Source of the DNA: a candidate division WOR-3 bacterium
Lineage (GTDB): Bacteria; Hydrothermota; Tepidihabitantia; Tepidihabitantales; DTDR01
Direction: 5' to 3'
DNA: 26,454 nucleotides
NCBI GenBank assembly: GCA_039801885.1
Contig: JBDRVN010000021.1
Span: 1 to 26,454, forward strand
Part shown: positions 1 through 8,817 of the stretch, piece after piece
Layout: each line of letters starts with the position of its first letter
Position numbering within the stretch: position 1 is the first letter of the stretch
Position numbers and translations under genes: made by a program
Notes under the pieces: model-generated
What the model was told of the DNA's origin: nothing
The model's input: the letters and a program-made list of their open reading frames with translations, nothing else
Database searches by the model: none

Positions 1-796
1 TTCGGATTGTGAGGTTTTTGCTATTTGTGATAAAAAGAATATAAATTTAGATGAAAAAATTATTGTTACCGATGATTATAAAGATTTAATAAGAATGAAA
101 TTGGATACCGTAATTATTGCTACTCCTAATGAGACTCATTATGAAATTGCTCATAAGTTTTTATTATCCGATATTAATCTTTTTGTTGAAAAACCTTTAG
201 CTACTTCCTATAAAGAAGCCCTTTCATTAATCAATTTAGCAAGAAAGAAAAAACTGAATCTCTTTACTGGTCATATTCTTCTTTATCATCCCTTAATTTG
301 GCGATTTAAAAGATATTTAAGTGAATATAAAAATTGGCAATTAAAAATTAGGAGAACAAATAATTTTCTTAATTCTTCTGACCCAAAGAATATTCTTTAT
401 GACCTTGGTCCTCATGAGGTTAGTTTAATTTTGTTTTTATTTAGTAAAGAATTCGATAAAATAGATTTAAAAGTGGAAAAGAAGATTATAAATTTTAATT
501 TCTCTGTTAGCAAAGAAATAGAGATTTCTGGTAGATGGGGAGAAAATCAAGAGGAAAAAGAAAGAATGATAATTGCTAAGTCAGATGGTAAGGAAATTAT
601 TCTTGATGACAATTTAGCAATTTTGAAATTTCTGGAAAAAAGAGAAGAAAGAGTGGTTGAAAAAATTAATAAAAAATTGCCCCTATATTGGGAATTAAGA
701 TTTTTTTTAAATTCCTTAATTAATAAAAATATAAAAGAAATTATTCCAACCGAAAAAGTTATGAAAATTATTGATAAGATAGAAAAAATGTTATGA
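1..796 (+). CDS. Gfo/Idh/MocA family NAD-dependent oxidoreductase (5' end outside window)
   Basis: The frame of ORF 95..796 is open back to base 2 (SDCEVFAICDKK...DYKDLIRMK). Family motifs: IATPNETHYE, FVEKPLA, GHILLYHP, DLGPHE. Confidence 0.85.
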   Translation, partial: SDCEVFAICDKKNINLDEKIIVTDDYKDLIRMKLDTVIIATPNETHYEIAHKFLLSDINLFVEKPLATSYKEALSLINLARKKKLNLFTGHILLYHPLIWRFKRYLSEYKNWQLKIRRTNNFLNSSDPKNILYDLGPHEVSLILFLFSKEFDKIDLKVEKKIINFNFSVSKEIEISGRWGENQEEKERMIIAKSDGKEIILDDNLAILKFLEKREERVVEKINKKLPLYWELRFFLNSLINKNIKEIIPTEKVMKIIDKIEKML

Positions 797-1455
797 AGGT
801 TTCGATAATTATTCCAGTGTATAATGAAGAAAAAACCATTGAAAAAGTTATTTTTGAAATAAAGAAAGTGCCGATTGAAAAAGAAATAATAGTAGTTGAT
901 GATGGTTCTTGCGACCGAACAAAAGAGATATTAAAAAATATTGAAGATATAAAAACAATATTTTTTGATAGAAATCAAGGCAAAGGTTCAGCAATTAGAG
1001 CTGGTTTAAAATTAGCCACCGGTGATATTGTTATTATCCAGGATGCTGATTTAGAATATAATCCTTTTGATTATTTAAAATTAATAAAGCCTTTTTTAAA
1101 ATATGGGAAAAATATTGCGGTTTATGGTTCCCGATTTAAAGGCGGTGGTAAATTTCTTTTCCTAAGTCGATTGGCGAATATAATACTTAATTTTTTTACC
1201 AATCTCTTTTTTGGTAGTAAAATAAGTGATATGGAAACTTGTTATAAAGTTTTGCCAAGGAAAATGATGGTTTCTTTAAATTTAAAAAGTAAAAGATTTG
1301 AAATTGAACCGGAGATTACAGCAAAATTATTAAAGAAAAAAATAAAGATTGTTGAGATTCCAATTTCTTATCAAGCTCGGAAAGCTGGGAAAAAAATAAA
1401 ACCAAAAGATGGAATTATTGCTTTATTTACTTTATTGTATTATCGGATTGCTTGA
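793..1455 (+). CDS. Glycosyltransferase family 2, DPM1-like (polyprenol-phosphate glycosyltransferase type)
   Basis: VSIIIPVYNE, VDDGSCD, NQGKGSA, IQDADLEY, DMETCYK, FEIEPEIT motifs. ATGA overlap with the upstream gene. Confidence 0.9.
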   Translation: MKVSIIIPVYNEEKTIEKVIFEIKKVPIEKEIIVVDDGSCDRTKEILKNIEDIKTIFFDRNQGKGSAIRAGLKLATGDIVIIQDADLEYNPFDYLKLIKPFLKYGKNIAVYGSRFKGGGKFLFLSRLANIILNFFTNLFFGSKISDMETCYKVLPRKMMVSLNLKSKRFEIEPEITAKLLKKKIKIVEIPISYQARKAGKKIKPKDGIIALFTLLYYRIA

Positions 1456-1479
1456 TTTTTTAAAAAAATTTATTATAAT
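1452..1479 (+). promoter_or_regulatory. Putative sigma70-type promoter TTGATT-16-TATAAT for the 1489 gene
   Basis: TTGATT 1452-1457 (contains the upstream stop codon), TATAAT 1474-1479, ATG after a 9-nt gap, no SD. Confidence 0.55.
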
Positions 1480-1488
1480 TAAAAACTA

Positions 1489-3009
1489 ATGTTAAATCTC
1501 TTTGATACGGCAATTTTAATTCTTTATTTTATAATTTTAGCGATTATCTCTCTTTATGGGATTCATCGATACTTTCTGATTTTTTTGTATTTGAAGGGAA
1601 GAAAAAAAACAATAAACCCAAGAACTTATTTTTCAGAATTACCAAAAGTTACCATTCAACTACCTATTTATAATGAGAAATTTGTTTGTGAAAGATTAAT
1701 TAATTCTGTTTGTCAAATTGATTATCCGCAAGATAAACTGGAAATTCAGATATTAGATGATTCCACAGACGAAACCCAAGAAATTTTAAAAATATTAGTG
1801 AAAAAATATCAAGAAAAAGGAATAAATATAAAATATTTTCATCGCAACCATCGAGAGGGTTATAAAGCTGGGGCTTTACAACAAGGTTTAATGAAATCCG
1901 AAGGAGATTTTATCGCTGTTTTTGATGCTGATTTTATTGTGCCTAAGGATTTCTTATTAAAAACTATCCATTATTTTACTGACGAAAAAGTCGGTATGGT
2001 TCAAACTCGATGGGGACATATTAATAGGAATTATTCTTTATTAACCCGTTTACAAGCAATATTATTAGATGGCCATTTTATAATTGAACATATTGCTCGT
2101 TCTTATAATAATTTGTTTTTCAATTTTAATGGCACTGCTGGTATTTGGCGGAAAAAGACATTATTACAAACCGGTGGTTGGGATGGTTCAACTTTAGCTG
2201 AAGATTTAGATATAAGCTTACGCGCCCAACTTTTAGGATGGAAATTTATTTATTTACCTAATTATGTTGTTTGTGCCGAATTGCCGATAGAAATCAATTC
2301 TTTTAAAGTCCAACAGTATCGTTGGGCAAAAGGAGGTGTGCAAACAACAAAGAAAATGTTAGGAATAATATTAAATTCAAAAATTCCTTTTAGACAAAAA
2401 TTGGAATCTTTTTTCCATTTAACTGCTAATTTCTCTTTCCCCTTAATGTTGATTTTAACAATTATTACATTTCCAGCAGCAATTATTCGTTACGGGCTTA
2501 ATTTTAAACATATTTTAATGATTGATTTTCCGCTCTTTTTCTTTTCTGCTTTTTCTTTCTTTTTATTTTACCTGATTACTCAAAAGGATTTAACACCAAA
2601 TTGGAAAAAAGAGATAAAATATATAATTATGGCGATGTCTTTAGGTGCGGCTTTAGCAATTAACAATTCGATAGCTGTTTTTGAAGCTCTTTTGAACTTG
2701 AATTCTGAGTTTATCCGCACACCAAAATACGGAATTACCGAAGAAAAAAAATTTGTGAAAGAAGGTTATATATTGAATTTTAAAAATTCTATTCATTATT
2801 TAGAAATTGTTTTTACTTTTTATTTAATTGTGGGTATTATTGCAGTTTTGTTTCAACAGATATTTTTAACAGTTCCCTTTCTCTTATTTTTCCCAATTGG
2901 TTATTTTTATTTAAATTTTTTACCTAATTTGAATAAAATAAAAAAATTCTTTATAAATTATCTTCCAACGAAACTGACGGCGGTTAGCGAAGTATTTCGA
3001 CGAGATTGA
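1489..3009 (+). CDS. Membrane-bound processive GT2 glycosyltransferase (cellulose synthase-like/CESA-like)
   Basis: D,D,D,QxxRW signature: LDDS, FDAD, AED, QQYRW. Also GYKAGAL and FNGTAG. One N-terminal and several C-terminal TM segments. Confidence 0.88.
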   Translation: MLNLFDTAILILYFIILAIISLYGIHRYFLIFLYLKGRKKTINPRTYFSELPKVTIQLPIYNEKFVCERLINSVCQIDYPQDKLEIQILDDSTDETQEILKILVKKYQEKGINIKYFHRNHREGYKAGALQQGLMKSEGDFIAVFDADFIVPKDFLLKTIHYFTDEKVGMVQTRWGHINRNYSLLTRLQAILLDGHFIIEHIARSYNNLFFNFNGTAGIWRKKTLLQTGGWDGSTLAEDLDISLRAQLLGWKFIYLPNYVVCAELPIEINSFKVQQYRWAKGGVQTTKKMLGIILNSKIPFRQKLESFFHLTANFSFPLMLILTIITFPAAIIRYGLNFKHILMIDFPLFFFSAFSFFLFYLITQKDLTPNWKKEIKYIIMAMSLGAALAINNSIAVFEALLNLNSEFIRTPKYGITEEKKFVKEGYILNFKNSIHYLEIVFTFYLIVGIIAVLFQQIFLTVPFLLFFPIGYFYLNFLPNLNKIKKFFINYLPTKLTAVSEVFRRD

Positions 3010-3033
3010 TTTTTTCTTTAATTTTGTTAAAAT
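3006..3033 (+). promoter_or_regulatory. Putative rho promoter TTGATT-16-TAAAAT with extended -10 TG
   Basis: TTGATT 3006-3011, TG 3025-3026, TAAAAT 3028-3033. SD AGGAGG 3097-3102 precedes ATG 3108. Confidence 0.55.
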
Positions 3034-3107
3034 ATTTATATAAATCAATGGAGTTATTAACCCCCAAAAAGTAGTTGATTTTAAACTTGTTTTAAAAGGA
3101 GGAGATA

Positions 3108-4391
3108 ATGGATATTGAAGAACTGAAGAAGAAAAAGGTTTCGGAATTACAAGAAATTGCTAAGGCATTAGGTATTCCTGATTTTAAGGAGAAGAAAAAA
3201 CAAGAATTAGTGTTTTCTATTTTAGAAACAGAGGCAAAACAGAAAGAAGGAGAAGGTGATGAAGAGAAATTAATTCCGATTGGCGGAGTATTAGAGGTTT
3301 TAGAAGAAGGTGGTTTCGGTTTTTTACGTTCGCCAGAATATAGTTATTTAAAAAGTTCTAGCGATATTTATGTTTCGCCTTCCCAAATTAAAAAATTCGG
3401 CTTACAAACTGGAGATACTATCAAAGGTTTTGCTCGGCCACCCAAGTTTAAAAATGGTGAAAAATATTATGCCTTATTAAGAATTGAGGAAGTAAATTTT
3501 CAATCTCCGGAAAAAATTGCTGAAAGAATTTCTTTTGAAGAACTTACTCCTTTATATCCCACTGAAAGAATTCATTTAGAGATTCTGTCTAAAAATGATT
3601 TTTCATTAAGAGTAGTTGATTTATTTACTCCGATTGGTAAAGGTCAAAGAGGATTAATTGTTTCACCACCAAGAGCAGGGAAAACAGTTCTTTTACAAAA
3701 AATTGCCAATGCAATTGTTGAAAATCATCCGGAAATCTATTTGATAATTCTTTTGATTGATGAAAGGCCGGAAGAAGTTACTGATATGGAAAGGTCAGTA
3801 AAAGCCGAAGTGATTAGTTCTACCTTCGACGAAGTTCCCGAAAGGCATGTGGAAGTTGCCGATATCGTTTTAGAAAAAGCAAAAAGATTGGTTGAAGCAA
3901 AAAAAGATGTAGTTATTTTGTTAGATAGTCTAACGCGTTTAGCAAGAGCTCATAATTTAGTAGTACCCCATTCAGGAAGAACTCTTTCTGGCGGTTTAGA
4001 TTCCAATGCTTTACAAAAACCTAAGAAATTTTTTGGTTCGGCAAGAAATATTGAAGAGGGAGGAAGTTTAACAATAATTGCTACTGCTTTAATTGAAACC
4101 GGCTCACGGATGGATGAGGTAATTTTTGAAGAATTTAAAGGAACTGGTAATATGGAATTGGTTTTGGATAGAAAATTAGCGGATAGGAGAATTTTCCCGG
4201 CAATCGATCTGCAACGGTCAGGAACTAGAAAGGAGGAATTACTTTTAAGCGAATTTGAATTAAATAGAATTTGGATTTTAAGAAAAATGTTGGCAGAAAT
4301 GACACCAGTAGAAATGATGGAGTTTATTTTAGATAAAATGAAAATGACAAAAAATAATCAGGAATTTTTAAAAGCAATGAGTGAAGGATAA
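3108..4391 (+). CDS. rho: Transcription termination factor Rho
   Basis: Rho N-terminal helix bundle, RNA-binding [70 protein letters not shown]. Strong SD. Confidence 0.99.
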   Translation: MDIEELKKKKVSELQEIAKALGIPDFKEKKKQELVFSILETEAKQKEGEGDEEKLIPIGGVLEVLEEGGFGFLRSPEYSYLKSSSDIYVSPSQIKKFGLQTGDTIKGFARPPKFKNGEKYYALLRIEEVNFQSPEKIAERISFEELTPLYPTERIHLEILSKNDFSLRVVDLFTPIGKGQRGLIVSPPRAGKTVLLQKIANAIVENHPEIYLIILLIDERPEEVTDMERSVKAEVISSTFDEVPERHVEVADIVLEKAKRLVEAKKDVVILLDSLTRLARAHNLVVPHSGRTLSGGLDSNALQKPKKFFGSARNIEEGGSLTIIATALIETGSRMDEVIFEEFKGTGNMELVLDRKLADRRIFPAIDLQRSGTRKEELLLSEFELNRIWILRKMLAEMTPVEMMEFILDKMKMTKNNQEFLKAMSEG

Positions 4392-4400
4392 GGAGGAAAA

Positions 4401-4631
4401 ATGAAAAAAGATATTCATCCCAAATATGGGGAGTGTATAATAACGTGTGCTTGTGGTAACACAATTATTACCCGTTCAACAAAATCAAAAATCAATGTAG
4501 AAATTTGTTCTCGCTGTCATCCTCTATATACCGGAAAGCAGAAAATTGTTGATACTGCGGGAAGAGTGGAAAAATATAAGAGAAAATATACTAAAAAGAT
4601 GAAAGAGGGAAAGGAAGATGAAGATAAATAA
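4401..4631 (+). CDS. rpmE: 50S ribosomal protein L31 (Zn-binding C+ type)
   Basis: [40 protein letters not shown] 4390-4396. Confidence 0.97.
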   Translation: MKKDIHPKYGECIITCACGNTIITRSTKSKINVEICSRCHPLYTGKQKIVDTAGRVEKYKRKYTKKMKEGKEDEDK

Positions 4632-5707
4632 GAAAAAAATTGAGGAATTGAAAGAGAAAATTAGCTTTTTAGAGGAGTTTCTTTGAGATTGGAAAGAAAG
4701 AAAAGGAATTGGTTAAACTCCAAGAAGAGCTAAACAATCCGCAAACCTTTTTAGATAATAAAAAAGTTCAAGAGATCAACCAAAAAATTAGCAATCTAAA
4801 AAAGACTTTAGAGGAATTTACTTCTTTTAAAAAAGAAATATTAGATTTAGAAGAAATAAGTGAGCTATTCTCAGAAGATAGCAGGGAGGTTGAGGAGATT
4901 AATAGAAATATTTTCTTATTAGAAAAACGACTGAAAGATTTAGAGTTTTCTTCTTTTTTTAAAGAAGAAATAGATAAAAAAGGTGCGATTTTAACTATTC
5001 ATCCTGGTGCTGGTGGTGTGGAATCTTGTGATTGGGCAGAGATGTTATTAAGAATGTATTTGAAGTTCTTTGAGAGAAAGAATTTTAAATATGAAATATT
5101 AGATTTAAAACCTAATGAAGAAGCAGGAATAAAAGAGGCAGTTATTGAAATAACCTCACCTAATGCTTATGGTTTTTTGAAATCAGAAATTGGCATTCAT
5201 CGTTTGGTGAGAATTTCTCCTTTTGATGCTAATCAAAGAAGGCATACTTCTTTTGCTTCGGTTTTTGTTTATCCGGAAATTGATGATATAGAAGTTAAAA
5301 TTGACGAAAAAGATTTAAAAATTGAAACTTTTCGGGCTTCGGGCCATGGAGGACAACATGTTAATAAAGTAGCAACGGCGGTGAGAATTACTCATATCCC
5401 CACAGGCATTACAGTAAACTGCCAGAGTGAACGTTCTCAATTTTTAAATAAAAAAAATGCTTTAAAACTTTTGAAAATAAAATTATATAAATATTATGAA
5501 GAAAGACAGAAAGAAAAATTGAAAAAATATGAGGAAAAAAAGACGGAAATTGCTTGGGGTTATCAAATCCGTTCTTATATTTTATTTCCTTACCAATTGG
5601 TAAAAGATCACCGAACAAATTACGAAACTTCTAATGTGGAAGCAGTTTTGAATGGTGAAATAGACGAATTTATCTATGCTTATTTAACCCAAAAAGAAAA
5701 ATCTTAA
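4618..5707 (+). CDS. prfB: Peptide chain release factor 2, translated via programmed +1 frameshift (join 4618..4683, 4685..5707; about 362 aa)
   Basis: ATG 4618 opens [26 protein letters not shown]. The +1 frame from 4685 ([15 protein letters not shown]...) joins the long ORF, which has SPF (RISPFD), [14 protein letters not shown] and WGYQIRSY. Confidence 0.95.
4672..4687 (+). promoter_or_regulatory. RF2 programmed frameshift cassette: internal SD GAGGAG, 3-nt spacer, CTT TGA G
   Basis: GAGGAG 4672-4677, TTT, CTT 4681-4683, TGA 4684-4686. Same architecture as the canonical AGGGGG TAT CTT TGA C. Confidence 0.92.
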
Positions 5708-5713
5708 ATTATT

Positions 5714-6994
5714 TTATTTATAAATTGGTGACCAAGTAGGAGAAGTTGCGTTTCCAAGATTTGTTATCTTTTTTTGATTAGAACCATCATAATGCATGGT
5801 GTATATCTCCCAAGAACCAGTGCGGTCAGAAGAAAAAACAATATGGAGTCCATCGGATGAAAAATAAGGATCCTCATTATTGCCTTCAAAAGTTAGCTGT
5901 TTTGTAAAAGATCCATTTACATCCGTTAAAAAAATTTGATTTTTATTATTTTTTGTTCTACCCACATAGACAATTAAATCACCTTTGGGTGACCAATTTG
6001 GTGAAGTGTTATAACTTCCTTCATAGGTTAATCTTGTTAAATTTGTTCCATCAATATTTACGATATATATTTGTGGTGTCCCCGAGCGATCAGAACAAAA
6101 AACAATTTGTTTGTCTGAAGGGCTAAAAGAGGGCGAAACCGCTACGGAAGAGGTATAGGTTATTTTTTGTAGTTTTCCACCTGTAGAAGAAATTAAACAG
6201 ATGTTCATATTACCTTCTTGAGCCATAGAAAAAGCAATGTATTTATCATCTGATGAAAAAGTTGGGGTGGCCGACATTCCTTTATCTCCGTATAAGAGTT
6301 TTGTTTTTTGGGTATTCAGCTCGTAAAGGTAAATTTTTAAAATGTTATTATCATAGGCAGAATAGATAATTTTATCTCCTTTTTTTGACCAATCGGGAGA
6401 TAATTTTAATTTTCCATCATTGGTTAATTTTTGGAGATTATAACCATCGTAATCGCAGATCATTATTTCTTTCCCCGCTCCCTTTTTAACAAGAAAAGCA
6501 ATTTTTGTTTGGGAGACGCCATCGTTGCCGGTTAAAATTTTAATTATATCATCGCTTATTTTATGAGCCAAATGTCTTAAATTTATTTGTGAAAAATATT
6601 CATATTCTTTTTTAGCAATTAATTTTTGGATGTTTAATTCATATAACTTAATTCTTACAAAAACTTTCTTTTTCTTTAAAAATATATCTCCACAAATGAG
6701 AATATCGGCACCGGTAGTTCGCCAGCCTTTGAAATCGATCTTCTTTTCATCAGTCGAGTATGTTTTATTGCTTTCGGCATAACAGATTTTAAAATACAAA
6801 GAAAAATCTAAGTCATTAATGATTATTTTTTTAATTTCTTGAGCAAAAGATGAATAAGTATTAATTAATTCTTTTTCAATATTAAGATCGGCAATAGTTA
6901 TTGGAATTTTTCTTTTTACCCCTTGAGTAGTAATTTTTGCCCAAATTTCTAATTCCTTTGATTGAGTAAATAAAAATAAAACAAGAAAGAGCAT
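5714..6994 (-). CDS. tolB: Tol-Pal system beta-propeller protein TolB
   Basis: TolB N-terminal domain (IINDLDFS, RHLAHKISDDI..LTG..G..QTKIAF), DYDGYN, and repeated PD40-type SP.WS/FS.DG..I.F.SDR.G motifs. Confidence 0.9.
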   Translation of the reverse strand: MLFLVLFLFTQSKELEIWAKITTQGVKRKIPITIADLNIEKELINTYSSFAQEIKKIIINDLDFSLYFKICYAESNKTYSTDEKKIDFKGWRTTGADILICGDIFLKKKKVFVRIKLYELNIQKLIAKKEYEYFSQINLRHLAHKISDDIIKILTGNDGVSQTKIAFLVKKGAGKEIMICDYDGYNLQKLTNDGKLKLSPDWSKKGDKIIYSAYDNNILKIYLYELNTQKTKLLYGDKGMSATPTFSSDDKYIAFSMAQEGNMNICLISSTGGKLQKITYTSSVAVSPSFSPSDKQIVFCSDRSGTPQIYIVNIDGTNLTRLTYEGSYNTSPNWSPKGDLIVYVGRTKNNKNQIFLTDVNGSFTKQLTFEGNNEDPYFSSDGLHIVFSSDRTGSWEIYTMHYDGSNQKKITNLGNATSPTWSPIYK

Positions 6995-8220
6995 TAGGCT
7001 TTTTTCTTCTTATATTGATTTTCGATAAAAATTGGTTTTTCTTTTCCTAAAATTACTCCGGGAGTGATGATACACTCAGTAATATTTTTTATATTAGGTA
7101 GGTTAAACATTATATCCAGCATTGTTTTTTCTAAAATACTCCTTAAAGCGCGAGCACCGGTCTTTTTCTTTAAAGCACATTCTGCCACAATTTCCAAGGC
7201 TTCTGATGTAAATGTTAATTTTACTCCTTCCATTTCAAAAATTTTCTCGTATTGTCTAAGAAGAGCATTTTTTGGCTTAGTTAGAATATCAATCAAGGCA
7301 TTTTTATCCAAAGAATGTAGAGGCGCAATTACTGGAAATCGACTGATAAATTCTGGGATTAAGCCATATTTTATTAAATCTTCTGGTTCCACTAAACTAA
7401 GAAGTTCGTCTGGCTTTCTTTCTTTTTGCGAATAGATTTCGGCTTTAAATCCGATACTTTGTTGTTTTAATCTTGTTTCAATAATTTTTTCTAATCCATG
7501 AAAGGCACCACCAGCGATAAATAGAATATTTCGAGTGTTGATTTGAATATAAGACTGCTCCGGATGTTTTCTTCCGCCTTGTGGCGGAACATTAGCAATC
7601 GTACCCTCCAGAATTTTTAACAGAGCTTGTTGAACACCTTCACCGGAGACATCACGAGTAATTGACGGTGAATCACTTTTCCTACTAATTTTATCAATCT
7701 CATCAATGTAGATGATTCCAATCTCAGCTAAAGGAATATTATAATCGGCTGCTTGAATTAGTCTTAATAAAATATTTTCTACATCTTCGCCAACGTAACC
7801 GGCTTCGGTTAAAGGTGTGGCATCAGAAATTGAAAAAGGCACTTTTAAAAATTTTGCTAAAGTTTCCGCAATTAATGTTTTGCCCACGCCGGTTGGGCCA
7901 ACGAGAAGAATATTACTTTTTTCTATTTCAATGTCGGTTTTATTAGCAATAATTCTTTTATAATGATTATACACAGCTACAGAAATAATCTTTTTTGCTT
8001 GGTCCTGACCAATTACATATTCATCTAAAAATTTTTTAATTTCGATTGGGGTAGGAATTTGTTTTAATGTTAAAATATCATTTGTGATTTTTTCTTGCGA
8101 TTTTAATATATTATAACAAATTCTAACACAGTCTTCACAAATATAACCTTTTTTACCTGCAATTATGTTTTTTAAAACTGCTTGGGGTCGGTCGCAAAAG
8201 GAACAGCGGATTTCTCTCAT
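6994..8220 (-). CDS. clpX: ATP-dependent Clp protease ATP-binding subunit ClpX
   Basis: Zn finger CSFC..CEDC, Walker [46 protein letters not shown] loop. Confidence 0.99.
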   Translation of the reverse strand: MREIRCSFCDRPQAVLKNIIAGKKGYICEDCVRICYNILKSQEKITNDILTLKQIPTPIEIKKFLDEYVIGQDQAKKIISVAVYNHYKRIIANKTDIEIEKSNILLVGPTGVGKTLIAETLAKFLKVPFSISDATPLTEAGYVGEDVENILLRLIQAADYNIPLAEIGIIYIDEIDKISRKSDSPSITRDVSGEGVQQALLKILEGTIANVPPQGGRKHPEQSYIQINTRNILFIAGGAFHGLEKIIETRLKQQSIGFKAEIYSQKERKPDELLSLVEPEDLIKYGLIPEFISRFPVIAPLHSLDKNALIDILTKPKNALLRQYEKIFEMEGVKLTFTSEALEIVAECALKKKTGARALRSILEKTMLDIMFNLPNIKNITECIITPGVILGKEKPIFIENQYKKKKA

Positions 8221-8804
8221 TATTTTCTTTTTATAATTATTTCATCAATTATCCCGTATTCTTTTGCCTCTTCCGGCGACATAAAGAAATTTCGGTCCGA
8301 ATCTTTTTCGATTTTTTCCTTTGGTTGGCCAGTATGAATTGATAAAATAGAGTTAAGGCGTTCCTTTAAGCGAGTAATTTCCTTAGCGTGGATAATAATA
8401 TCTGTTGCTTGACCAGAAAGCCCATGAATTTCTGGTTGATGAATCATAATTCGGGAATTGGGCAAAGCATATCTTTTGCTTTTTGTGCCTGCTGCCAATA
8501 GCAAAGCAGCAATGCTTGCGGCTAAACCCATACAGATAGTCACAATATTTGGTTTAATATATTGCATTGTATCATAGATTGCCAATCCCGAAGAGACATA
8601 ACCACCGGGAGAATTGATGTAAAGATAAATATCTTTATCAGGATCTTCAGCCTCTAAAAAAAGAAGTTGAGCAATAATTAAATTAGCAATATTATCGTCT
8701 ACCGGTGAACCTAAAAACACTATCCTTTCTTTTAATAACCGGGAATAAATATCATAAGCTCTTTCGCCACGAGCGGTCTGTTCAATTACAATTGGCACAT
8801 ACAT
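8220..8804 (-). CDS. clpP: ATP-dependent Clp protease proteolytic subunit ClpP
   Basis: [26 protein letters not shown] (catalytic Ser), IMIHQP (His). Start revised to ATG 8804 (MYVPIVIEQ) because SD GGAGG lies at 8811-8815. Confidence 0.97.
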   Translation of the reverse strand: MYVPIVIEQTARGERAYDIYSRLLKERIVFLGSPVDDNIANLIIAQLLFLEAEDPDKDIYLYINSPGGYVSSGLAIYDTMQYIKPNIVTICMGLAASIAALLLAAGTKSKRYALPNSRIMIHQPEIHGLSGQATDIIIHAKEITRLKERLNSILSIHTGQPKEKIEKDSDRNFFMSPEEAKEYGIIDEIIIKRK

Positions 8805-8817
8805 TTTAAACCTCCTT

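Noticed and set aside
3040-3095. Structured rho leader or attenuator (AAATCAA/TTGATTT pairing around a C5 run)
   Set aside because: The stem is short and AU-rich with no recognisable riboswitch or leader peptide. Rho autoregulation is plausible but not supportable from sequence alone.
4681-4709. prfB as a pseudogene, or as starting at TTG 4709
   Set aside because: The break matches the RF2 programmed frameshift architecture and restores a normal-length protein.
5409-5618. 69-aa minus-strand ORF
   Set aside because: Antisense shadow inside prfB; no recognisable motif.
7064-7435. 123-aa plus-strand ORF
   Set aside because: Antisense to conserved clpX; typical shadow ORF.
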